Part shown: positions 1 to 8,210 of the stretch, piece after piece | Layout of the letters: each line of letters opens with the position of its first letter | Numbering within the stretch: position 1 is the stretch's first letter | Assembly (NCBI GenBank): GCA_018992685.1 | Contig: JACVGT010000023.1 | Span: 1 to 19,712, forward strand | Reading direction: 5' to 3' | Source: Theionarchaea archaeon | GTDB taxonomy: Archaea > Methanobacteriota_B > Thermococci > Methanofastidiosales > SZ-28-30 | Length of the DNA stretch: 19,712 bases | Notes under the pieces: generated by a model | What the model was told of the DNA's origin: nothing | Seen by the model: the letters and a program-made list of their open reading frames with translations, nothing else | Databases searched by the model: none | Program-made: the position numbers and the translations under genes

Positions 1-83
1 TTGAGGAATTTCAGCTAGTCTTCTCTATTCTTGACGAAATTGAGGATAGTATCCGAAGAAGTGATGAAACTGAGATGTGGTGA
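1..83 (+). CDS. 3' end of a membrane-protein gene truncated by the window edge; paralog of 2750..3460
   Basis: Frame starting at nt 3 reads EEFQLVFSILDEIEDSIRRSDETEMW*. This matches the C-terminus of the 2750..3460 product (EEFQLVFSILDEIEDRIRGSNEPETW*) at 21/26 aa, with mostly synonymous changes. Not in the ORF track. Confidence 0.85.
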   Translation, partial: EEFQLVFSILDEIEDSIRRSDETEMW

Positions 84-240
84 ATACATTCAGATTGATT
101 TCCCCCCGGTCAGGCATGAACGGTCTCGGTATTCGTCACTGGACAGTGCTGAAGACAGGAATTCCCACGACATGGAGTTCACAGATCTATTCAACCGCAG
201 CTGAATTCCCAGAGGCCATGAAAGAAGAGCTACATATAGG

Positions 241-253
241 AAAAGTATTTATG
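241..253 (+). promoter_or_regulatory. Putative BRE/TATA promoter of the beta-propeller gene
   Basis: AAAAGTATTTATG about 58 nt upstream of ATG 311; purine-rich GAGGAG RBS just before the start. Confidence 0.4.
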
Positions 254-310
254 CCTTCTTCCGTTCCGTTTCATAAGGCCTTGTGATGAAAGAGAGAGGA
301 GAGAATAATA

Positions 311-1711
311 ATGAGACCTAAGACTGTTAATCTGGGTTTGACGCTCATGATCCTCATGCTACTCATTGAAAGCACGATGGCATCAGGGGAGTTTAACGCA
401 GTGCAGGATCACTTTGGAGCAGCCATCTACGAAGATATTGTTGTATGGATAGCGATGACTAATAAGAGCGAAAACATCCATGGCTATAATCTTACCACCA
501 AGCAGGTATTCCAGGTCACCACACAAAAAGGCCCTCAAGAGTTTCCTGCGATCTGCAAAGATATTGTTGTGTGGATGGATTACAGAGATGGAAATTGGAA
601 TATTTACGGGTATAACCTAACTACAGGACAAGAGTTTCCAGTAGTCATTGCGAAGGGCGACCAAATGGATACCGTAATCTATGAGGACATTGTGGTGTGG
701 GCAGACAACAGGAATGGCAACTGGGACATTAATGGGTACCATCTATCTACTGGAGAAGAATTCTTCTTGAACCGGCCGGAGTCGAATCAGATGAGCCCTG
801 CAATCTATGGGGACGTTGTGGTATGGGCAGATGACAGGACTGGTGACTGGGATATCTATGCCTACAACATGTCGACAGGAAAGGAAATTCAAATTGTCGC
901 AGCTCCTGGAGATCAAAAAGTTCCAGAGATTTTTCAGGACTTCATTGTGTGGGAGGACAACAGAGATGGTGAATGGGACATCTATGGATATGATCTGGCT
1001 GCACACGAAGAGGTTCCCATATCAACTAACTCAAGCAGCCAAAAACTGGGGGGAATCTATGGAAACATAGTCATATGGACTGATGATAGAAATGGCCACT
1101 TCGACATCTTTGGATACGACCTGGTTGAGAGAGAAGAATTCTCAATAGTAATCAGTCCCGACAACAAAACGATGCCAGCAATCTATGGAGACACCGTGAT
1201 CTGGAGTGATGCAAGGAATGGCAACTGGGACCTGTATGGGTCTTCGTTATCTGGAGGAGAGGAATTCCGGATTACAGGTGAAGACCAGCAAGCTCACAAA
1301 GACGAGACAGAAGACTTAGAAGCAGAATATCTTGTCCTCGAGGCCTACCATCTGGAAGGAGCTACCCTTACCGTTTGCTTCCAGAATAGGCTGGATACAG
1401 AAGCCACTGTAACCAGCGAGTACAAGAATGATTCATTAATCACTTCCCAGCTGCAAGAAACTCTGGAGGGGAATGCCCGGAATTGCTTTTCACTACATGG
1501 TGCGTATGCAATTGGAGACAAAGTCACCTTGCTGACTGAGAAAGGGACAATACTTTCATTTACCGTGAATCCAGAGGAGGTGGAGACTCCATCCGAGATG
1601 AATACACCCACTAACCTCATCTTCCTGATACCTCTTCTGGTGGGGGTCGTTATTATCGTTTTCATCATATCAAGGAAAAGGTGGAAGAATGCAAATAGTC
1701 TCATGAGGTAG
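311..1711 (+). CDS. Secreted, C-terminally membrane-anchored beta-propeller repeat surface protein (Methanosarcinales-type/TolB-like blades)
   Basis: N-terminal signal peptide (MRPKTVNLGLTLMILMLLIESTMA), seven 42-aa repeats of consensus PAIYGDIVVWxDxRNGNWDIYGYNL, a ~80-aa beta-rich domain, then a TM helix and basic tail (RKRWK). Confidence 0.9.
   Translation: MRPKTVNLGLTLMILMLLIESTMASGEFNAVQDHFGAAIYEDIVVWIAMTNKSENIHGYNLTTKQVFQVTTQKGPQEFPAICKDIVVWMDYRDGNWNIYGYNLTTGQEFPVVIAKGDQMDTVIYEDIVVWADNRNGNWDINGYHLSTGEEFFLNRPESNQMSPAIYGDVVVWADDRTGDWDIYAYNMSTGKEIQIVAAPGDQKVPEIFQDFIVWEDNRDGEWDIYGYDLAAHEEVPISTNSSSQKLGGIYGNIVIWTDDRNGHFDIFGYDLVEREEFSIVISPDNKTMPAIYGDTVIWSDARNGNWDLYGSSLSGGEEFRITGEDQQAHKDETEDLEAEYLVLEAYHLEGATLTVCFQNRLDTEATVTSEYKNDSLITSQLQETLEGNARNCFSLHGAYAIGDKVTLLTEKGTILSFTVNPEEVETPSEMNTPTNLIFLIPLLVGVVIIVFIISRKRWKNANSLMR
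419..1282 (+). repeat. Seven degenerate 126-bp (42-aa) beta-propeller blade repeats
   Basis: The IVVW...W[DN]IYGY motif recurs every 42 aa in the translated ORF. Confidence 0.85.
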
Positions 1712-1715
1712 ATCT

Positions 1716-2480
1716 ATGATAAGTGACAGAGAGCCATTCTTGCTGAAAAATGGAAGGAAAATATACCGTGCAGGCCTCGCATTACTCTTCACTTTGTTTC
1801 TGGTCTTACTGCCGCTATTCATCGTATTTCAATTTCAGAATCAAAATATCTCGGACCTTCTGGGGATTCTATTTATCGTACTGCTCCCTTTGGGCATAAT
1901 GGTGACATTCTCTGGTTCTGCTTTCTCTAACCTGTGTGCAATAGTCAGCCGACTCCCCGACGGTTACGTATTGAAGAGTTTTGATCCACTTCGCCTCCGG
2001 GTAGAGATAACTGATGCCAAAAGGATTCAAACCATCCAGTATCATGCATTGGCAGCCCCGTACTCTTTCTATTTTTATGCACGCCACTTGATATTGCTCA
2101 ATATTGATATTCCTCCTGAATACTATCAGATATGGACTCCCATCTCAGGATACAGGCATGAACCCAGGCTAAATCGTTATGATTTTCTGTCTTATATTCG
2201 ACCACATGGACTGGCAAGACTCTCTTCTGGTACTTGTTCCTCGACCCAGAAAGACATCCTTTTTGATGCAGATCTGATGGAACAAGTTCCACACCTTCAC
2301 ACAGCAGCAAATGCAATTTCCCCTCTTCGGAGAGTTGGTATAACATCAGTGAAAGGAACTCCTATTATTCTGGCTCTCCTCGCTCAGGAGGTAGAACCTT
2401 CCCATATCATTAAGACCATGACGCTACTGGAGCAGATAGCGCAAGAACTGGAAAGGATAATGCTCCCCAATGAGAAATAA
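1716..2480 (+). CDS. Hypothetical membrane protein (2 N-terminal TM helices); distant paralog of 2750..3460
   Basis: Two hydrophobic segments near the N-terminus. Shares YH...PYSF, PPE[YH]YQ[IV]W and I..LR.[VI]G...I[IL].ALL motifs with the downstream ORF. Confidence 0.8.
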   Translation: MISDREPFLLKNGRKIYRAGLALLFTLFLVLLPLFIVFQFQNQNISDLLGILFIVLLPLGIMVTFSGSAFSNLCAIVSRLPDGYVLKSFDPLRLRVEITDAKRIQTIQYHALAAPYSFYFYARHLILLNIDIPPEYYQIWTPISGYRHEPRLNRYDFLSYIRPHGLARLSSGTCSSTQKDILFDADLMEQVPHLHTAANAISPLRRVGITSVKGTPIILALLAQEVEPSHIIKTMTLLEQIAQELERIMLPNEK

Positions 2481-2625
2481 AGGTGATCCCGTTAAAAAAA
2501 TCCTTAACTCCATAGTACTTGCCAACGCAGTGCTCGATATATCATGGATGATTGGAAGCTCATTCTTTGTCTCGTGTATTTCGGTCTGGTGGAAGTTTAG
2601 GCAATCCAAGAAGACCCTTCAGTAG
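2470..2625 (+). CDS. Possible 51-aa single-pass membrane peptide
   Basis: ATG 2470 overlaps the upstream gene end. Reads MRNKGDPVKKILNSIVLANAVLDISWMIGSSFFVSCISVWWKFRQSKKTLQ*, with a hydrophobic core and basic tail. Below the ORF-track size cutoff. Confidence 0.3.
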   Translation: MRNKGDPVKKILNSIVLANAVLDISWMIGSSFFVSCISVWWKFRQSKKTLQ

Positions 2626-2749
2626 TGGCTGGTTCATGTGATCAGTCCTCCCTCTCTTCATAGCCTGGCAAAGACAACCTTATTAACATGTGAAGAAGAA
2701 AGAGATCGAAAAAGGATGGAGGACAGCTGATGTTCTGGGAGTGATCAGA

Positions 2750-3460
2750 ATGAAGAGAAGACTATTCACAATAAGACATTGGCGAATCTACAAAGGTATG
2801 GGTATATGCCTCATAGTATCCTTCTTTTGTTCAATCCCAGTTATCACTTTCTACTTGGGGCTCGACACAGCTCCAGCAGTAATCATATCATTATTACTTT
2901 TCGCAGGATGGCAGCTTTATTACCAGGGATCAGCAGCAGAAGCTTTTTCGAGATTATTCTATCCCTTTGAAGATGAAATTAAATTTGACTGGATAAGATT
3001 TATTATTTCGACACAGAAAGAGTCAATTCTCTACCATTTTAGTTCTAGCCCATATTCTTTCTGGATTCATTTCAGATACTCCATTCCGCTAGAGGATGCT
3101 CCCCCTGAACACTATCAGGTTTGGAAAGAGACTTCATGGCCCTCAAGAATAAGGGTATCTCCTTACAGCCTCAGAGAATATCTCCTGCTTAATCGAAAAT
3201 GGCAACTTCTACTTCAGGAATTGGAAATCATAGATAAGCTAGCTGACACAGTTAGCGACGAACTCAGGCCGTATTTCCCGAGAGAAGAGATTTCTATTGC
3301 CTCACTCCGACACATTGGTCTTGCAAGGAGAGCCAACAAGAATATCTTGATAGCGTTGCTCACCACCGATGCCTCACTTGAAGAATTCCAGCTTGTTTTC
3401 TCTATTCTTGATGAAATCGAGGATAGAATACGGGGAAGTAATGAACCCGAAACTTGGTGA
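2750..3460 (+). CDS. Hypothetical membrane protein (2 N-terminal TM helices), member of a local paralog family
   Basis: ORF track gives 2690..3460; ATG 2750 is preferred because it follows a GGAGTGAT RBS. Two TM segments; paralogous to 1716..2480 and 1..83. Confidence 0.8.
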   Translation: MKRRLFTIRHWRIYKGMGICLIVSFFCSIPVITFYLGLDTAPAVIISLLLFAGWQLYYQGSAAEAFSRLFYPFEDEIKFDWIRFIISTQKESILYHFSSSPYSFWIHFRYSIPLEDAPPEHYQVWKETSWPSRIRVSPYSLREYLLLNRKWQLLLQELEIIDKLADTVSDELRPYFPREEISIASLRHIGLARRANKNILIALLTTDASLEEFQLVFSILDEIEDRIRGSNEPETW

Positions 3461-3548
3461 GTACGTCTAGTTCCAACCCAGTTCGCTGGTTGCGTATTAA
3501 CACTCCCGGTATTCGCTAATGAGGAGTACTGAAGGCAGGAATTCCCAC
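3378..3548 (+). repeat. Diverged direct duplicate of nt 1..168 (gene 3' end plus downstream non-coding block)
   Basis: 1..83 vs 3378..3460: 67/83 identical. 127..168 vs 3507..3548: 34/42 identical (CGGTATTCG...CTGAAG.CAGGAATTCCCAC). Confidence 0.85.
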
Positions 3549-3791
3549 AAGGTTGGAATGCGATCAGAATAATTCTTGTACCATATCAAGAAAAAGAATA
3601 GTGTCTTGCTCAATCCAGAGACAGAACCGTCTCCATATAGATGAATACCATCAAGTGACATAGATTTATTCGAAACTCGGTGGATAATTAAGAACCTCGT
3701 TTCCAGGTCTCCTGATTCGAATCATTGACAAGGGTTCTATACATCTACCATGTAAAGCAAAAGACTAAAAACAGCTTTCGTAACGTATACC

Positions 3792-4466
3792 ATGCATCTC
3801 GGTCTCTTAGTTCCTTCTTCAAACACTGTCATGGAAGAAGAACTATCCCAGTATGTGATCGTTCACTCCACCAGGATTGCCCTTAGAACAGTGGATGAAA
3901 TATCTCTGAAAAACATGAATACAGAAATAGAAAAAGCAGTTCAACTGCTCAAACTGCTCACAGATTGTAATCCCGCAGTTATTGTATACGGTTGTACCTC
4001 TGGCAGTTTTGTAGAAGACATTAGGAAGTCCTTTGCTGCTACCACTATCCCCGTGATCACGACGTCGGAAGCAGTAGTCAACGCTCTCAAGGCTCTTCAA
4101 GTGGGATCAGTCTCTGTAGGAACTCCCTACACTGACGCAATAAACCAGAAAGAAAAGGCTTTTCTGGAATCTCATGGATTCACTGTTTCAGATATTAAAG
4201 GATTGAACCTCACAGACAATACAGAGATAGGAAAGCAGGAAACAGCTTACGAGCTGGCAAGATCTCTTAAAAAGGCAGATGCCATCTTCATAAGCTGCAC
4301 GAATTTCAGAACCTTTAATGTGATACAGAAGTTGGAAGATGGACTGGGGATTCCAGTCATATCCAGCAACTCAGCAAGTTTATGGGGGGCACTCACTGAT
4401 TCAGGCGAAAAAGCGGAAATAAAAAGCATATCTGGTCTGGGCAGACTATTGGAGGAATTACCGTGA
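3792..4466 (+). CDS. Asp/Glu/hydantoin racemase superfamily protein, maleate cis-trans isomerase-like
   Basis: GLLVPSSNTVME N-terminal motif, two catalytic Cys motifs (YGCTSGS, ISCTNFRT), TPY and PVISSN motifs. Confidence 0.9.
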   Translation: MHLGLLVPSSNTVMEEELSQYVIVHSTRIALRTVDEISLKNMNTEIEKAVQLLKLLTDCNPAVIVYGCTSGSFVEDIRKSFAATTIPVITTSEAVVNALKALQVGSVSVGTPYTDAINQKEKAFLESHGFTVSDIKGLNLTDNTEIGKQETAYELARSLKKADAIFISCTNFRTFNVIQKLEDGLGIPVISSNSASLWGALTDSGEKAEIKSISGLGRLLEELP

Positions 4467-6367
4467 TTGTAGGATCTGATGTGGGCGGTACCTTTACTGA
4501 TACAGTATTTGTATCTAAGGGCGAGATTAAGGTTTCGAAAGTGCCCACTACACCCCACGATTTTGCAGAAGGAATTATCAAGGGGATAGCCAAGGTTACC
4601 ACTGAGTATGACACATTGGTTCACGGCATGACGGTGGGAACGAATGCCGTTCTCCAGAGGAAGGGGGCCAGGGTGACTCTCATCACGAATAGAGGATTTA
4701 CCGATGTTTTGGAGATTGGGAGGCAGAACAGACCATCGCTCTATGATTTTTCAGTAGACCGCCCCCCTCCTCTGGTTCCCAGAGACAGGAGGATTGGGGT
4801 TACGGGTCGAATCAACCATAAAGGCGAAATACTGGAAGATTTGGAAGAACATGATATGGTTCTCCCCAAAGAGACTGAGTCAGTGGCAATCTGCCTTTTA
4901 CATTCGTATGCTAACCCTGTTCATGAGCAAAAGATACAGTCCATGATTTCTTTACCTACCTGTATCTCCAGTGACGTCCTCCCTGAATACAGAGAGTACG
5001 AACGGATGTCAACCACTGTCATTAATGCGTATCTGATGCCTGTTATTGACAGGTATCTGTCTCGGTTGGAGACCACGATTTCTGACAGGCTATTAGTCAT
5101 AGAATCGTCTGGAGGAGTCATGACTGCTCACGCAGCCAGAGGAAAGCCGGTACATACGGTGCTATCTGGTCCTGCAGGAGGTGTCATTGCTTCTCAAGTT
5201 GTGGGTGACATCATAGGGTTAAAGAAGTTGATCACCCTGGATATGGGGGGAACCAGTACAGATATTTCAGTAATTAAGGGTGAACCCATCATAACGACGG
5301 AAGGGTCAATAGAAGGATATCCTTTGAGAATCCCCATGATAGATATCCACACCATTGGGGCAGGCGGAGGAAGCATAGCCTGGCTGGACGAGGGAGGTGC
5401 TCTACGGGTGGGCCCAGTGTCTGCAGAAGCTGTCCCTGGCCCTGCGTGTTACGGGAGAGGAGGAGATTTGCCCACGGTGACTGATGCCAATTTGATCCTG
5501 GGCAGACTGGGCAGAAAGCTGGGAAATGAGCTGACGCTGAATGTGAATCTAGCCAAGAAGGCAATGGATGTCTTGCGTGAGAGGACGGGGCTTGATCCTA
5601 TAGAGCTGGCTTCTGGAATCATTAAAGTTGCCAATGCTAATATGTGCCAGGGTATCAGGGTGGTTTCTGTGGAACGAGGGCATGATCCCCGGGATTTTGT
5701 TTTGCTAGCGTTCGGAGGAGCAGGTCCCCTGCATGCCTGTGAGTTGGCCAGTGAACTGTCCATCCCCCGGGTGCTGATTCCTGTGTATCCTGGAGTTTTT
5801 TCGGCCCTTGGAATGGTGGCAGCGGACATAAAGCACGAATTTGTGGTGACTAGAAAGATGAGTCCTGAACAGGACACGGGACCTGTATTTGACGATCTAG
5901 AGAAAAAAGCAGTTGGAGTCCTGAAGAAAGAGGGCGTTTCAGAGGACAGAGTGATGCTGCAGCGATTCATCGATACCCGGTACTGTGGTCAATCCTATGA
6001 GCTCCGAATTCCTGCCGAAAATGTGGTGCAGAGGTTTCATCAAGCCCATCATGCACTGTATGGATACAGTGATGAGACAGCCCCCGTGGAATTTGTTAAT
6101 TTCAGAGTCGTGGGCATAGGCAGGCAGCAGAAAATTGCACTGCCTCGAGTGGAAAAAGGAAGGGGAGAACCGTTACCAGGAGAGACCCGGACATGCTTCT
6201 TTGGCGAATTTGTGGAGACTCCTGTATTTGAAAGAGACATCTTGCAAAGCGGTCACTGTCTTAAAGGTCCTGCTGTCATTGACGAAATGGAATCTACCAT
6301 CCTCATTCCCCCTGGATGGAGAATGACCGTGGATGACCATGGTAATCTCCTTGGAGAGGTGACATGA
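4463..6367 (+). CDS. hyuA: Hydantoinase/oxoprolinase subunit A (ATP-dependent N-methylhydantoinase A / 5-oxoprolinase-like)
   Basis: DVGGTFTD, SGPAGG, DMGGTSTD, GAGGGSIA, GPACYGRGG..PTVTDAN and FGGAGPLHA motifs; GTGA overlap with the racemase gene. Confidence 0.93.
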   Translation: MIVGSDVGGTFTDTVFVSKGEIKVSKVPTTPHDFAEGIIKGIAKVTTEYDTLVHGMTVGTNAVLQRKGARVTLITNRGFTDVLEIGRQNRPSLYDFSVDRPPPLVPRDRRIGVTGRINHKGEILEDLEEHDMVLPKETESVAICLLHSYANPVHEQKIQSMISLPTCISSDVLPEYREYERMSTTVINAYLMPVIDRYLSRLETTISDRLLVIESSGGVMTAHAARGKPVHTVLSGPAGGVIASQVVGDIIGLKKLITLDMGGTSTDISVIKGEPIITTEGSIEGYPLRIPMIDIHTIGAGGGSIAWLDEGGALRVGPVSAEAVPGPACYGRGGDLPTVTDANLILGRLGRKLGNELTLNVNLAKKAMDVLRERTGLDPIELASGIIKVANANMCQGIRVVSVERGHDPRDFVLLAFGGAGPLHACELASELSIPRVLIPVYPGVFSALGMVAADIKHEFVVTRKMSPEQDTGPVFDDLEKKAVGVLKKEGVSEDRVMLQRFIDTRYCGQSYELRIPAENVVQRFHQAHHALYGYSDETAPVEFVNFRVVGIGRQQKIALPRVEKGRGEPLPGETRTCFFGEFVETPVFERDILQSGHCLKGPAVIDEMESTILIPPGWRMTVDDHGNLLGEVT

Positions 6368-7989
6368 TGGATGCTGTTACTCTTGAGATACTGCGCTGTT
6401 CTCTTCAGTCAGTGGCTGAAGAAATGGGGGCAGCTTTGGGGAGGACAGCATTCTCACCCAATATCAAAGAGAGGAAGGATTTTTCTTGTGCCGTATTCGA
6501 TGATAATGGAAGAATGGTATCCCAGGCTGAACACATCCCAGTCCACCTCGGCTCTATGCCCCTGTCAGTAAAGGGGGCTCTAAAGGAATTCGACTTTGAG
6601 GAAGGAGACATCATCATTTTGAATGATCCCTACTGGGGAGGTACCCATCTCCCAGATATCACGTTAATAGCACCCATTTTCTGTGGAGATTTACTAGGAT
6701 TTGCAGCCTGCAGGGCCCACCATGCTGATGTCGGTGGAAAGGCACCCGGGAGTATGCCTGGTGACTCCAGAGAAGTATTCGAAGAGGGTGTGATCATACC
6801 ACCTGTGAGACTGTACCGGGGGGGAGTACTGGATACAGATATTCTGCGCCTCATATTACGAAATGTGAGGACTCCAGATGAGAGGAAAGGCGATTTGAAG
6901 GCCCAGTATTCTGCGTGCCAGATAGGAAGGAAACGCATTGTGGAATTGGTTGAGAAATATAGTAGACAAACAATGGCAGAAGCATTTGAAGAAGTAATGG
7001 ATTATTCTGAAAGGAGAATGCGCAAGAAGATTGCAGAATTCCCTTCAGGGGAGTATGCTGCTGAAGACTTCATGGACAATGACGGGGTTACAGATAGCCC
7101 GGTGAGAGTTGCAGTTACTTTGAAAATTGGTGGACGTGGAAAGGGAGAAGAAGGGATTGCGTGTGATTTCACTGGAACTGACCAACAGACACGCGGGAAC
7201 ATCAATGCAGTGTATGCAGTGACGGTGTCCTGCGTGTACTACACGGTACGGTGTGTCACAGACCCAGGGATACCTCCCAACGAGGGATGTTACCGACCGG
7301 TGACCATCACCGTGCCTGAAGGATGTTTGTTACACCCACTTCACCCGCATGCAGTATCTGCAGGGAATGTGGAGACATCCCAGAGGATCGTGGATGTATT
7401 ACTCAAAGCATTTTCCAAGGTTGCACCTGAGAAAGTGATTGCTGGCTGTCAGGGGACCATGAACAATGTGACCATTGGAGGCACGTTCTGCGGACAGTCT
7501 TTTGCTTACTATGAGACTATTGGAGGCGGTATGGGTGCCCGTCATGATAAGGATGGTATTGACGGTGTCCACACTCACATGTCCAACACGTTGAACACTC
7601 CAATCGAAGCTCTGGAAATGAGTTATCCTTTTCTCGTGACAGAATACTCTTTGATTAATAATTCAGGGGGTAGGGGCAGGTTCAGAGGGGGGCTGGGAAT
7701 CAAGAGGGGGCTCGAGGTTCTGACTGATTGTACTGTATCCATACAGAGTGAGAGAAGGAAATTCGCTCCCTATGGGCTTTTTGGTGGTGAAGAGGGGAGG
7801 AGTGGTAGAAATTTGCTCATGAGGGCGGGAAATGAGCTAGAGTTACCGTCCAAGACCACATACGAGTTGTTGAGGGGTGATATTATCAGAATTGAAACTC
7901 CAGGTGGCGGAGGATATGGAAATTTCGAGGAGAGACCTGAAGAACTGCGATTGAAGGATGAAAGGGAGCACAGGATGACACAGTTCTAG
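6364..7989 (+). CDS. hyuB: Hydantoinase B/oxoprolinase family protein
   Basis: SPNIKERKDFSCA, HIPVHLGSM, NDPYWGGTHLPD, HHADVGG..PGSM, GNVETSQR and ETPGGGGYG motifs; ATGA overlap with subunit A. Confidence 0.93.
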   Translation: MMDAVTLEILRCSLQSVAEEMGAALGRTAFSPNIKERKDFSCAVFDDNGRMVSQAEHIPVHLGSMPLSVKGALKEFDFEEGDIIILNDPYWGGTHLPDITLIAPIFCGDLLGFAACRAHHADVGGKAPGSMPGDSREVFEEGVIIPPVRLYRGGVLDTDILRLILRNVRTPDERKGDLKAQYSACQIGRKRIVELVEKYSRQTMAEAFEEVMDYSERRMRKKIAEFPSGEYAAEDFMDNDGVTDSPVRVAVTLKIGGRGKGEEGIACDFTGTDQQTRGNINAVYAVTVSCVYYTVRCVTDPGIPPNEGCYRPVTITVPEGCLLHPLHPHAVSAGNVETSQRIVDVLLKAFSKVAPEKVIAGCQGTMNNVTIGGTFCGQSFAYYETIGGGMGARHDKDGIDGVHTHMSNTLNTPIEALEMSYPFLVTEYSLINNSGGRGRFRGGLGIKRGLEVLTDCTVSIQSERRKFAPYGLFGGEEGRSGRNLLMRAGNELELPSKTTYELLRGDIIRIETPGGGGYGNFEERPEELRLKDEREHRMTQF

Positions 7990-8024
7990 TCACGGATAGG
8001 AGGGAATTGGGAACTGCACAGTGG

Positions 8025-8059
8025 AAAGAAAAGGAAAAAAAGGAGCTGAGGGTCCCTCA
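8025..8059 (-). terminator. Minus-strand terminator-like element (inverted repeat followed by T-tracts)
   Basis: Reverse complement reads TGAGGG-A-CCCTCA GCTCC TTTTTTT CC TTTT C TTT. The T-tracts are on the minus strand although both flanking genes are on the plus strand. Confidence 0.4.
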
Positions 8060-8210
8060 TTTATCATGAAACACATCCAGGAATGATGATATCCAAAAGG
8101 AGAATACACGGGTTGGTCAGAAAATCTTGATAAGTGATCATATTTGTGACGTGAAGACTCAAAGAATACGTTTATATGTTGGTGGAATGAAATCACAGGC
8201 GAGTGTTTGC

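Noticed and set aside
77-286. 69-aa ORF as a real gene
   Set aside because: No recognisable motif or RBS, it overlaps the putative promoter of the next gene, and the homologous block at 3507..3548 has in-frame stops.
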